Shown here piece by piece: positions 1 through 7,143 of a stretch of DNA of 20,000 nucleotides. The notes under the pieces are model-generated. The model did no database searches. It worked only from the letters and a program-made list of their open reading frames with translations, and was not told the origin of the DNA. The position numbers and the translations under genes are program-made. Position 1 is the stretch's first letter, and each line of letters begins with the position of its first letter. Location: the sequence record SRR31156797_3966; one strand, given 5' to 3'.

Positions 1-197
1 TGTATGTTTCCATTGCCAGTATGTGGGGAGGACGCATCGTTCTTGGCTATCTGTTTGGTATCTATTTGGAGTTTGGTATTTATGGTATTTGGGCGGGTAT
101 GTTTGCCGACTGGTGGATTCGTGGCAGTGTATTCTACTTAAGAATGATTCGACTAGGCTGGTTAAAAGCTTATCTCAAAAATGCAAAAAGCGCCTAG
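1..197 (+). CDS. yeeO: 3' end (partial) of a MATE family transporter, YeeO/EmmdR-like
   Basis: Not in the ORF track. Frame starting at base 3 reads YVSIASMWGGRIVLGYLFGIYLEFGIYGIWAGMFADWWIRGSVFYLRMIRLGWLKAYLKNAKSA*, stop TAG at 195-197. SMWGxR..GY..G....G.W.GMFADW..R matches the recalled C-terminal helices of YeeO-type MATE proteins. Confidence 0.8.
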   Translation, partial: YVSIASMWGGRIVLGYLFGIYLEFGIYGIWAGMFADWWIRGSVFYLRMIRLGWLKAYLKNAKSA

Positions 198-205
198 GCG
201 CTTTT
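186..205. terminator. Bidirectional intrinsic terminator between the MATE gene and the esterase gene
   Basis: Perfect palindrome AAAAGCGCC-TA-GGCGCTTTT containing the MATE stop codon, with A and T tracts on either side, between convergent genes. Confidence 0.75.
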
Positions 206-208
206 CTT

Positions 209-1114
209 TTATGCTTTCAATACGAACTCTATCCATCGATCAAACAAGTGTGGCCATTGCTCCGCTGGTTTGCCTATAACCCCTTGGGTTCCAAAACCGT
301 GCCCACCTTCGTTAAACAGATGCATTTCAACCGTGATGTTTTGGCTGCGAAGCGCTTGCCAAAGGAGCAGACTGTTTTCGACCGGCACGGATTTATCATC
401 GTTAGCGTGAACAAGAAAACAGGCTGGCATATCAGGATGCACACACTTTTCAATAGAGTAGCGGTTAAGCTCTTGCTCAGTTATGTGGCAGCCAAGTAGC
501 TCATAGGCCGAACCCTTGTGACCGAATTCATCATTCATGGTGACGACAGGATACATTAACCCACAAAAGTCTGGTTTGGCGGATAGGGTATCGATATCGT
601 CGAGGTGTGGTTGAAGTTGAGTATCAAATCGAGTGGCGAGCTGACCCGCTAAATGCCCACCTGCAGAGAAACCTAATATTCCAACTGTGTGAAGTTGCCA
701 TTGCTCAGCGTGCGCGCGAACCCAACGGATGGCTCGTTGTGCATCCGCCAAAGACGTTTCTGACGCTAATGGGTGGCCTTCACCCGGCATACGATAAGTT
801 GCAACAAAAATGGTGTAGCCCATTGCAGTTAAAGCGTCACCAACATCTCTCCCTTCATTATCAATAGAAATTCGTTGGTAACCACCGCCAGGAAAAACGA
901 CGATCCCGATACCATTTGGCTGCTCGGGCTTGTAGACCATGATTTCCGGATTGGACACGCCCGAGATCAAGCGATTCGATTTTACATCGTTAGAGTCACG
1001 GTATTGAAGTCGTGCCGGAGCGTTTCCAACCGCAGGGGAGGCGGGCCACAAAGGATAGACATCGTTTGTTTCTTTGAGTTGAAGCAGTGATTCAAAATGA
1101 CTTTTAGATTCCAT
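209..1114 (-). CDS. Alpha/beta-hydrolase carbohydrate acetylesterase, PaeX (pectin acetylesterase)-like, no signal peptide
   Basis: 301 aa. PGGGY oxyanion motif, GFSAGG nucleophile elbow, HANDDKSV (Asp) and GGHGFG (His). Overall resemblance to Dickeya PaeX from memory. GAGG Shine-Dalgarno before the ATG; lies next to kdgF. Confidence 0.8.
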   Translation of the reverse strand: MESKSHFESLLQLKETNDVYPLWPASPAVGNAPARLQYRDSNDVKSNRLISGVSNPEIMVYKPEQPNGIGIVVFPGGGYQRISIDNEGRDVGDALTAMGYTIFVATYRMPGEGHPLASETSLADAQRAIRWVRAHAEQWQLHTVGILGFSAGGHLAGQLATRFDTQLQPHLDDIDTLSAKPDFCGLMYPVVTMNDEFGHKGSAYELLGCHITEQELNRYSIEKCVHPDMPACFLVHANDDKSVPVENSLLLWQALRSQNITVEMHLFNEGGHGFGTQGVIGKPAEQWPHLFDRWIEFVLKA

Positions 1115-1169
1115 ACCAACCTCGTTAAATCGATACTTAATAGCTTTGAAATTACTTGAATATCAAGAT

Positions 1170-1197
1170 AAAAAAAAGCCAGTCTAATCAGACTGGC
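1170..1197 (-). terminator. Intrinsic terminator downstream of kdgF
   Basis: Minus strand reads GCCAGTCT-GATT-AGACTGGC followed by 8 T (A tract at 1170-1177 on +). Confidence 0.85.
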
Positions 1198-1267
1198 AAA
1201 GGAGATCCATTATTCCCAGTGTGTTGGGATATGAAATATAGTTATTATAAAAAATAGGACTTAGCGA

Positions 1268-1594
1268 TTACGCTTCTACAAAGTCTTTACGCATTGGTGT
1301 GAAGTTGTCCAGAAGAACACCTTTCTCTAGACAAACACAGCCGTGCATTACGTTTGGTTCTTTGTAAAGTGCGTCACCCGCTTTTACGATTTTCTTTTCG
1401 TCACCGATAGTGAATTCAAACTCACCAGATAGAACATAAGTTAGCTGCTCATGTGGGTGGTTGTGCATAGGGCCAATAGCCCCTTTTTCGAAGTAAACTT
1501 CAACGCTCATAATGTTTTCGCTGTATGCAAGGATTTTGCGAGAAACACCATTGCCTAAATCTTCTAATTTCACGTCTTTGTTGTATACGAACAT
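1268..1594 (-). CDS. kdgF: KdgF cupin, unsaturated uronate linearisation (pectin/alginate catabolism)
   Basis: 108 aa cupin with HNHPHEQ...H metal ligands, LGNGVSRKILAY N-terminus and FTPMRKDF C-terminus typical of KdgF. Adjacent to ygjV. Confidence 0.9.
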   Translation of the reverse strand: MFVYNKDVKLEDLGNGVSRKILAYSENIMSVEVYFEKGAIGPMHNHPHEQLTYVLSGEFEFTIGDEKKIVKAGDALYKEPNVMHGCVCLEKGVLLDNFTPMRKDFVEA

Positions 1595-1607
1595 AACTTG
1601 CCCTTAC

Positions 1608-2132
1608 TTATATTGCTTCTGATGGAACTGGATTTTTCCGCTTATCACTGACCAATCTGTAGATGGTCAGTAAGTTAACGCCGATGAGCGTTGCTTCTAA
1701 CATCGTTCCGCCAATTGATCCGACTATAATATTGTTAATTAACCAACAAATTGCGCCGGTTAAGAAAGCGATACGCATTGCAATGCCTTTCAGCATAAAT
1801 ACTGCGTATGTGCCAATAACTGTACCTAGGATGGGCCACATGTCCCACCAGTGGTCTGCAACTCTTAAACCTAAGCCCAGGCCTAAGATGACAAATATAG
1901 CGGCGACATATTTGGAAGACGTATAAATAGACGTCCCCGTTCTCGCTGCTGACAACGCCGCGCTTAATGCTGACGTCATAGAGCCGAGTAAAAAGAAGTG
2001 AATCAAGTGGTTCAAGTTAAAAACCAGCATGATAATTTTCAATTTACGGTCATCTTTTTGGTAAAACGTTGAGATGCCTAAAGCAAAACTGACAAAACCT
2101 AGTGCTTGAGCAAAGGAAAATTCGAATTCCAT
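1608..2132 (-). CDS. ygjV: YgjV family inner membrane protein
   Basis: 174 aa, very hydrophobic. AQALGF...GISTFYQKDDRKLK, HFFLLG and CWLINNI..GSIGGT.LE motifs. 13-bp gap to kdgF suggests an operon. Confidence 0.85.
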   Translation of the reverse strand: MEFEFSFAQALGFVSFALGISTFYQKDDRKLKIIMLVFNLNHLIHFFLLGSMTSALSAALSAARTGTSIYTSSKYVAAIFVILGLGLGLRVADHWWDMWPILGTVIGTYAVFMLKGIAMRIAFLTGAICWLINNIIVGSIGGTMLEATLIGVNLLTIYRLVSDKRKNPVPSEAI

Positions 2133-2360
2133 TCAATGATCACACCCAAAAAATTAAAAACAAATGAGTCTTCAGCACATCGCTATACTCATACCTATGT
2201 CTTGATTGTCCTTCGTTTTTACTAGCGATTTACTGGTTGCAAACGAGTCATTCAGGTTATGTCACTTTTCTACTCTTACTTACCACTAGAGGCAGCCAAC
2301 GATTAGCAAAGTGTGTTAATAAATCGTACAGTACATAAAATTTAATTCATTTGCAATTAT

Positions 2361-2381
2361 TTTTGAAACTGCTTTTCATTT
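2361..2381. promoter_or_regulatory. KdgR-like operator on the ygjV-kdgF side
   Basis: TTTTGAAAC-TGC-TTTTCATTT versus the 21-bp KdgR consensus AAATGAAAC-N3-GTTTCATTT. Upstream of genes known as KdgR regulon members. Confidence 0.65.
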
Positions 2382-2548
2382 AAGTGATTTCTGACAATTT
2401 TCTCACTTTGTTTAAGCAAATTTAGGTGTAGAATAAAGCTCAGGTTTTAATGGTTTTTTAATTGTAAAAACAGATGGTTAGGTTATTTTGGTTTCTCAAC
2501 AGCGTGTAGTATATTGCCAATATGCTATAAAACAGGTGTTTAAGGTCT

Positions 2549-2578
2549 TTGCATGTTGAGCAGCATATCCATTACTAT
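2549..2578 (+). promoter_or_regulatory. Candidate sigma70 promoter for the DUF294/exonuclease operon
   Basis: TTGCAT (2549-2554), 18-nt spacer, TACTAT (2573-2578). Lies just upstream of a KdgR-like box. Confidence 0.4.
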
Positions 2579-2589
2579 AGATAAAATGT

Positions 2590-2610
2590 AAATGAAACGG
2601 TGTTTTAGTA
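2590..2610. promoter_or_regulatory. KdgR-like operator on the DUF294 side
   Basis: AAATGAAAC-GGT-GTTTTAGTA: perfect left half-site, correct 3-bp spacer, near-consensus right half. Ends 88 bp before the ATG at 2699. Confidence 0.7.
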
Positions 2611-2698
2611 TTGGTTTGTGCGAGTGGGTAATGACAAGCATAGGCTTAAATAGGCACGGTTTGTGGTGTTCATCTTTCTCAATGACAAAAGGTAAATA

Positions 2699-4564
2699 AT
2701 GGGTACTTCACTTTCTCCGAATATTGAAAGCTTTTTAGTTAAGATTGATCCGTTTGATCGCTTGCCAACCTCTGTTGTTGAGAAGATTGCCAGATCTATC
2801 AAGATCAAGTATCTGGTTGAAGGTGAGGTGATCGGCTTTAGTGCGTTATGCGAACAGCGTTATCTATACATTATTCGAACCGGTGCGATTGAGCAGAGAA
2901 CGCCATTGGGAGAACTGCGCGCCCGTTTAGGTGAAGAAGACCAGTTTGGTTTTACTTTTTTACAACCATTAGCGCACTCTGAAGACGGTTATCAAGCCGA
3001 AGCAATTGAAGATTCATTGTTGTATTTAATCCCTCACAGTGAACTTGCAGAAGTGTGCGAAAGTCACCCGGAATTTGAAGATTACTTTGCGGCGAAAGCG
3101 AATATCCGCTTGAGTTCCGCGGTGAAGCAAGTTTTCCGCAAAGAAGATAAGGGTTTGTTTTTCCGTACGGTGGGGGAAATTGCCAGCGAAAATATCGCCA
3201 TTGTGGATGTGAATGATTCTATTAAAGACGTGGCACGAGAAATGTGTGGTCGTCAGCGTAGCTCTTGTGCGGTTGTGATGCATAATAACGAAATCGCAGG
3301 CTTGGTTACTGACCGAGACATGACTCGCTCCGTAGTGGCAACCAGTATTGATACCGAAATGCCTATCTCTATGGTGATGACGCAAAATCCGGTGTTGGTG
3401 GAAAGCAGTTCAAAAGTGATTGAAGCGATCTCATTAATGCTGCAATACAACATTCGTTGTTTGCCTGTGGTTAATGATAGAAAAGTGACTGCACTTTTAA
3501 CCACCAGTCATTTAGTGCATAACCACAGAACTCAATCTCTGTTTCTGATTCAAAAAATCAAATATACCAGCTCCATTACTGCCTTAGCGGCATTAAAAGA
3601 AGAGCGCGAGACCATCTTCCAGGCCTTGGTAGAAAGTGGTGTCAGTGCGGAGATCCAGGGTCGGGTTATGTCGACTATTATGGACGCATTTACACGTCGG
3701 ATTATCCAACTCAGCGAAGATTTACTTGGCCCTGCGCCGTGTGATTACGCATGGATTGTTGCGGGGTCACATGCGCGTAATGAAGTTCATATGCTCTCAG
3801 ACCAAGACAGTGCGTTAGTACTGGCTGATGATGTGACCGATGATCAAAAAGCGTACTTTACCCATTTAGCCATGAAAGTGTGTAATGGCTTAGCAGCCTG
3901 TGGTTACCCACTGTGTGATGGCAAATATATGGCGGCTTCGCCTAAGTGGTGTCAGCCGGTGTCGGTGTGGAAAGATTACTACAGTAAATGGGTAGCAAGC
4001 CCGGAATACAATAAGCTATTGAGCATCAGTGTGTTCCTAGAAGTCCGTTCGATTTACGGCAACCGTGATTATGTAGAACAAATTCAGCAACACCTTCATG
4101 ACTGTATTCAAAACAGTGGCAAGTTTATTCCAGCTTTGGTGCGTGATGCGATTGATACCCAACCACCACTAAGCATATTCAACAGCTTGGTACTCGAAAA
4201 AGGCGGTGAGAACAGTAACACGCTCAATATTAAGAAGTACGCGCTGAATTTGATTATCGATTTAGCGCGCATATTCAGTCTGTCCGCTGGTGGTTCTTTA
4301 ACCGGTACAGAAGAGCGTTTCCGTTACGCAGCGGAAAATGGCACTCTTTCGCAAGACAGCTGTGAAAATATCATTGGCGCATATCGATTCTTAACTCAGG
4401 TGCGATTCCGCCACCAATTGAATGCCATATTGGCAGGCAAAGTGCCTAATAATCATATTTCACCGGATGAGTTCAGCAGCTTTGAACGCAAGCATTTAAA
4501 GGATGCGTTTAAAATCATTAGCGAACTGCAAGACGTCGCTAAACTCAAGTTTATTAAGGGATAA
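2699..4564 (+). CDS. cNMP-binding + tandem CBS + DUF294 nucleotidyltransferase-like signal transduction protein (COG2905)
   Basis: 621 aa. N-terminal CAP_ED-like region (PFDRLP...LYIIRTGAIE...LGEEDQFG...AEAIEDSLLYLIP), CBS pair (GLVTDRDM; IRCLPVV), NTase motif GSHARNE...SDQD, GYPLCDGKYMA, and DUF294_C (NIKK...LSRFERKHLKDAF-like SSFERKHLKDAF end). Confidence 0.9.
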   Translation: MGTSLSPNIESFLVKIDPFDRLPTSVVEKIARSIKIKYLVEGEVIGFSALCEQRYLYIIRTGAIEQRTPLGELRARLGEEDQFGFTFLQPLAHSEDGYQAEAIEDSLLYLIPHSELAEVCESHPEFEDYFAAKANIRLSSAVKQVFRKEDKGLFFRTVGEIASENIAIVDVNDSIKDVAREMCGRQRSSCAVVMHNNEIAGLVTDRDMTRSVVATSIDTEMPISMVMTQNPVLVESSSKVIEAISLMLQYNIRCLPVVNDRKVTALLTTSHLVHNHRTQSLFLIQKIKYTSSITALAALKEERETIFQALVESGVSAEIQGRVMSTIMDAFTRRIIQLSEDLLGPAPCDYAWIVAGSHARNEVHMLSDQDSALVLADDVTDDQKAYFTHLAMKVCNGLAACGYPLCDGKYMAASPKWCQPVSVWKDYYSKWVASPEYNKLLSISVFLEVRSIYGNRDYVEQIQQHLHDCIQNSGKFIPALVRDAIDTQPPLSIFNSLVLEKGGENSNTLNIKKYALNLIIDLARIFSLSAGGSLTGTEERFRYAAENGTLSQDSCENIIGAYRFLTQVRFRHQLNAILAGKVPNNHISPDEFSSFERKHLKDAFKIISELQDVAKLKFIKG

Positions 4565-4569
4565 TACTG

Positions 4570-5286
4570 ATGATTCGTCGGATACTCAAAGGGAAGGAGT
4601 CACCATCAACGCTTGAAGACAAGTTAAGAAATGTGGTGATTGACGAATCTTGGCCTCAAGTACTGCAAAATTGCCTCAATCGTTCAATGGCTGAAATGGA
4701 TTTGCCTCTAACGGAGCTTGAGTTTTTAGCCATTGATTTTGAAACCAGTGGTCTAAATGCCGAAAAAGATCAGATCCTATCGATTGGAATGGTTGAGTTT
4801 AATCTAGAACAAGTGGATCTCTCCAGCGCTGAAGAAATATTGATTGATAACGGAGAGTTCGTTAAAGCTTCTACGGCTGAAATTAACGGCTTGACGCCCA
4901 AAGCTTTGGCGCAGGGTGTGTCTCTAGAGCAAGGTATCGAACGTTTGCTTGAGAAAGCTCAAGGCAAAGTGATACTGGCGCACAGTTGTAGAATCGAAAA
5001 ATGCTTTTTAGAAACTTTCTTTGCAAAGTCGTACCAGCTTGACGTCTTTCCATTCTACTTCGTCGATTCCATTTTTATTGAAAAGCGATTCAGTTATGCA
5101 GGGAAAACGGGTACACACACCAGTTATCAGCTTAACGACATGCGCCGCCACTATAAATTGCCAGACTATATTGAACATTCTGCGGCAAGTGATGCATTAG
5201 CCTGTGCCGAGTTGTTCATCGTCCAAACCAAGAAGTTGAAGTTGAATGATATAAAGGGAATGTGCCTTAAAAAGGTGCTCTCCTAA
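4570..5286 (+). CDS. DEDDh 3'-5' exonuclease (DnaQ/epsilon-like), the DUF294-partner subfamily
   Basis: 238 aa. ExoI IDFETSG, variant ExoII AHSCRIEKCFL, ExoIII HSAASDA. Starts 5 bp after the DUF294 stop. Confidence 0.85.
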   Translation: MIRRILKGKESPSTLEDKLRNVVIDESWPQVLQNCLNRSMAEMDLPLTELEFLAIDFETSGLNAEKDQILSIGMVEFNLEQVDLSSAEEILIDNGEFVKASTAEINGLTPKALAQGVSLEQGIERLLEKAQGKVILAHSCRIEKCFLETFFAKSYQLDVFPFYFVDSIFIEKRFSYAGKTGTHTSYQLNDMRRHYKLPDYIEHSAASDALACAELFIVQTKKLKLNDIKGMCLKKVLS

Positions 5287-5311
5287 AAATCGGCATACTC
5301 AAAGAAAGCGC

Positions 5312-5344
5312 TATCTCTCGACTTGGTTTAGATATCGAGAGATA
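5312..5344. terminator. Inverted repeat between the convergent exonuclease and napH genes, possible terminator or processing hairpin
   Basis: TATCTCTCGA-N13-TCGAGAGATA, 10-bp perfect stem but no clear U tract. Confidence 0.4.
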
Positions 5345-5356
5345 ACGGGATTGTTC

Positions 5357-6190
5357 CTATTTAACTTTGAACTCAAAGACTTTTTCAGAGCAAACATCAA
5401 TACAGCGGCCGCAGCTGATGCAGTCTTGATCCAGGATTCGTTTATCGCCCTGCTTGAGTGGCTCTCTTAGCACTTGAGGTTCCGGGCAAACGTTAAAGCA
5501 ATCCATACACTTGGTGCATGCAGCGCGTTTGGTCGCGGTTACTCTGATCACACTCTTACGACCAATAACGCCGTAGGTTGCGCCTAATGGGCACAGATGA
5601 CCGCACCAACCATGTTCTACCAGCAATAAATCCAGCAGGAAAACCAATAAGATCAGTACCCAACCTGCGCCAAAACCAAATATCAATCCACGATGCAGAG
5701 CCGAAACAGGGTCAATCCATAGCCAAAGAACGCTACCAGAAAGGGCGCTACCAATAAGTAGTACTGGGATCAGCCAGTAACGCAGTTGCTTTGACCAAGT
5801 GTAACTGGCCTTCAAATTGAGTTTCCTGCGTATCCAAGCTGCGGTGTCGGTCACGATGTTCAGTGGACAAACCCAGGCACAGAAAGCTCTTGGGGCGATC
5901 ACTGCGTAGATTGCGACAACAATTAAAGCGCCTAATATGGCGGTAAACTCTGGGATATGTCCTGCTGCTAAGGTTTGTAACAACAGTAACGGGTCAGTAA
6001 ATGGAATCACGTCAAATAAGGTACTCGACGATAAGTTACCTTTAAACACTCCAATGGTTGGCCCTGCCATAAACAGCACAATAATGGCGACCTGCGTGAA
6101 CCGACGTAACAGCAGAAATCGATGGGCTTTCCACCATCCCAAAGATTGCACCGCAGCTTTGCCTGCATCTTTTGCTAAGTTCTTAGCCAT
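5357..6190 (-). CDS. napH: Quinol dehydrogenase membrane ferredoxin subunit NapH
   Basis: 277 aa. LLLRRFTQ, RAFCAWVCP and GWCGHLCPLG motifs, two C-terminal CxxCxxCxxxC 4Fe-4S motifs. Confidence 0.95.
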   Translation of the reverse strand: MAKNLAKDAGKAAVQSLGWWKAHRFLLLRRFTQVAIIVLFMAGPTIGVFKGNLSSSTLFDVIPFTDPLLLLQTLAAGHIPEFTAILGALIVVAIYAVIAPRAFCAWVCPLNIVTDTAAWIRRKLNLKASYTWSKQLRYWLIPVLLIGSALSGSVLWLWIDPVSALHRGLIFGFGAGWVLILLVFLLDLLLVEHGWCGHLCPLGATYGVIGRKSVIRVTATKRAACTKCMDCFNVCPEPQVLREPLKQGDKRILDQDCISCGRCIDVCSEKVFEFKVK

Positions 6191-6199
6191 GAGCTGCTC

Positions 6200-6961
6200 C
6201 TACAATTTATCGCCATTAAAGGGTTTGAGTGGAACACCTCCGTGTTCAGCTGTATCGGTGCGAACCTCTGAGTGTTCTTCCCAACCTAATCGGTAATGTT
6301 TACCGAGTTGTCCTTGAGCAAGAGCTATCGGAACAACTTTGATCGCAGCCGCATCCAACACGCATGCCTGCTCACATTTACCACATCCAGTGCAGTAGTC
6401 GGCATGGACGGTAGGAATGAATTTGGCGTGAAAACCCGTTCGTTCATTACGTATTGTTTCAAGCGTGATAGCTTTATCGATGATAGGACATATTCGATAA
6501 CAGACATCGCAACGGAGCCCTTGAAAGTTGAGACAGTTTTTCTGATCAATCAGAACTGCCGTGCCCATGCGGGAATCGTCGATATTGGTAAGCTTTGGAT
6601 CTAATGCGCCACTTGGGCAGGCGGTAACACAAGGGATGTCCTCACACATCTCGCACGGTATTTGCCTCGCGGTAAAATAAGGTGTGCCTGTCGCAACCGG
6701 GGAAAGCAGAGTGGCAAGTTTTAGTGTGTCGTAAGGGCAGGCTTGGACGCATAATCCGCATCGTATACATGCTTTGTCAAAGTCGTTATCGGGTAAAGCT
6801 CCGGGTGGTCTGATTGGAACACCAGAATATTCTTTTGCCTGGCTTTGCAGTGACTGTAACCCTAGCAAAGTCGCGGCAGCCCCGACACCGACAGCGGTTC
6901 TCGAGGCATCACGAAGAAAGCGGCGGCGACTTTCAGAAGTTTTGTTACGAGGAGTTTTCAT
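6200..6961 (-). CDS. napG: Periplasmic ferredoxin-type protein NapG
   Basis: 253 aa. Tat signal [26 protein letters not shown] and three further Cys clusters, [11 protein letters not shown]-terminal motif. Confidence 0.95.
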   Translation of the reverse strand: MKTPRNKTSESRRRFLRDASRTAVGVGAAATLLGLQSLQSQAKEYSGVPIRPPGALPDNDFDKACIRCGLCVQACPYDTLKLATLLSPVATGTPYFTARQIPCEMCEDIPCVTACPSGALDPKLTNIDDSRMGTAVLIDQKNCLNFQGLRCDVCYRICPIIDKAITLETIRNERTGFHAKFIPTVHADYCTGCGKCEQACVLDAAAIKVVPIALAQGQLGKHYRLGWEEHSEVRTDTAEHGGVPLKPFNGDKL

Positions 6962-7030
6962 ACGCCAACCTTGGTTAAAAACGCTACTAAAATTATAACC
7001 GTATTATCCGTAGGTGTATGGGATAGTCGC

Positions 7031-7046
7031 TACCACTAAAGAGGTG
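7031..7046. promoter_or_regulatory. NarP-like 7-2-7 site upstream of napGH
   Basis: TACCACT-AA-AGAGGTG versus TACYYMT-NN-AKRRGTA. Confidence 0.6.
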
Positions 7047-7059
7047 TATCAAGCGTGAG

Positions 7060-7073
7060 TTGATGTAAGTCAA
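7060..7073. promoter_or_regulatory. FNR box upstream of napGH
   Basis: TTGAT-GTAA-GTCAA, 9/10 match to TTGAT-N4-ATCAA. Confidence 0.7.
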
Positions 7074-7083
7074 ACCACAAGCT

Positions 7084-7112
7084 AAAACAAAGGCCAGCAT
7101 AATGCTGGCCTT
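7084..7112 (-). terminator. Intrinsic terminator of dcuC
   Basis: AAGGCCAGCAT-A-ATGCTGGCCTT (7090-7112), followed on the minus strand by TGTTTT. Confidence 0.8.
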
Positions 7113-7143
7113 AAGTCTGTTGGAACTGAAAGTTGTGTTGGCA

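Noticed and set aside
23..499. 158-aa plus-strand ORF in the ORF track
   Set aside because: Wrong frame over the real MATE C-terminus (frame 3, stop 197), runs through a terminator and antisense into the esterase gene.
2164..2205. Plus-strand mini-ORF MSLQHIAILIPMS
   Set aside because: 13 codons, no SD, antisense to the ygjV leader; no supporting evidence.
2382..2408. AAGTGA-N15-TCACTT dyad as a CRP site
   Set aside because: Spacing does not fit TGTGA-N6-TCACA.
2699..5286. Reading the NTase + exonuclease pair as an anti-phage system (CBASS-like or toxin-antitoxin)
   Set aside because: The NTase is GlnD/GlnE-like DUF294 with cNMP/CBS sensors, not a CD-NTase or MNT. No effector, Cap or HEPN genes and no mobile context; the neighbourhood is metabolic.
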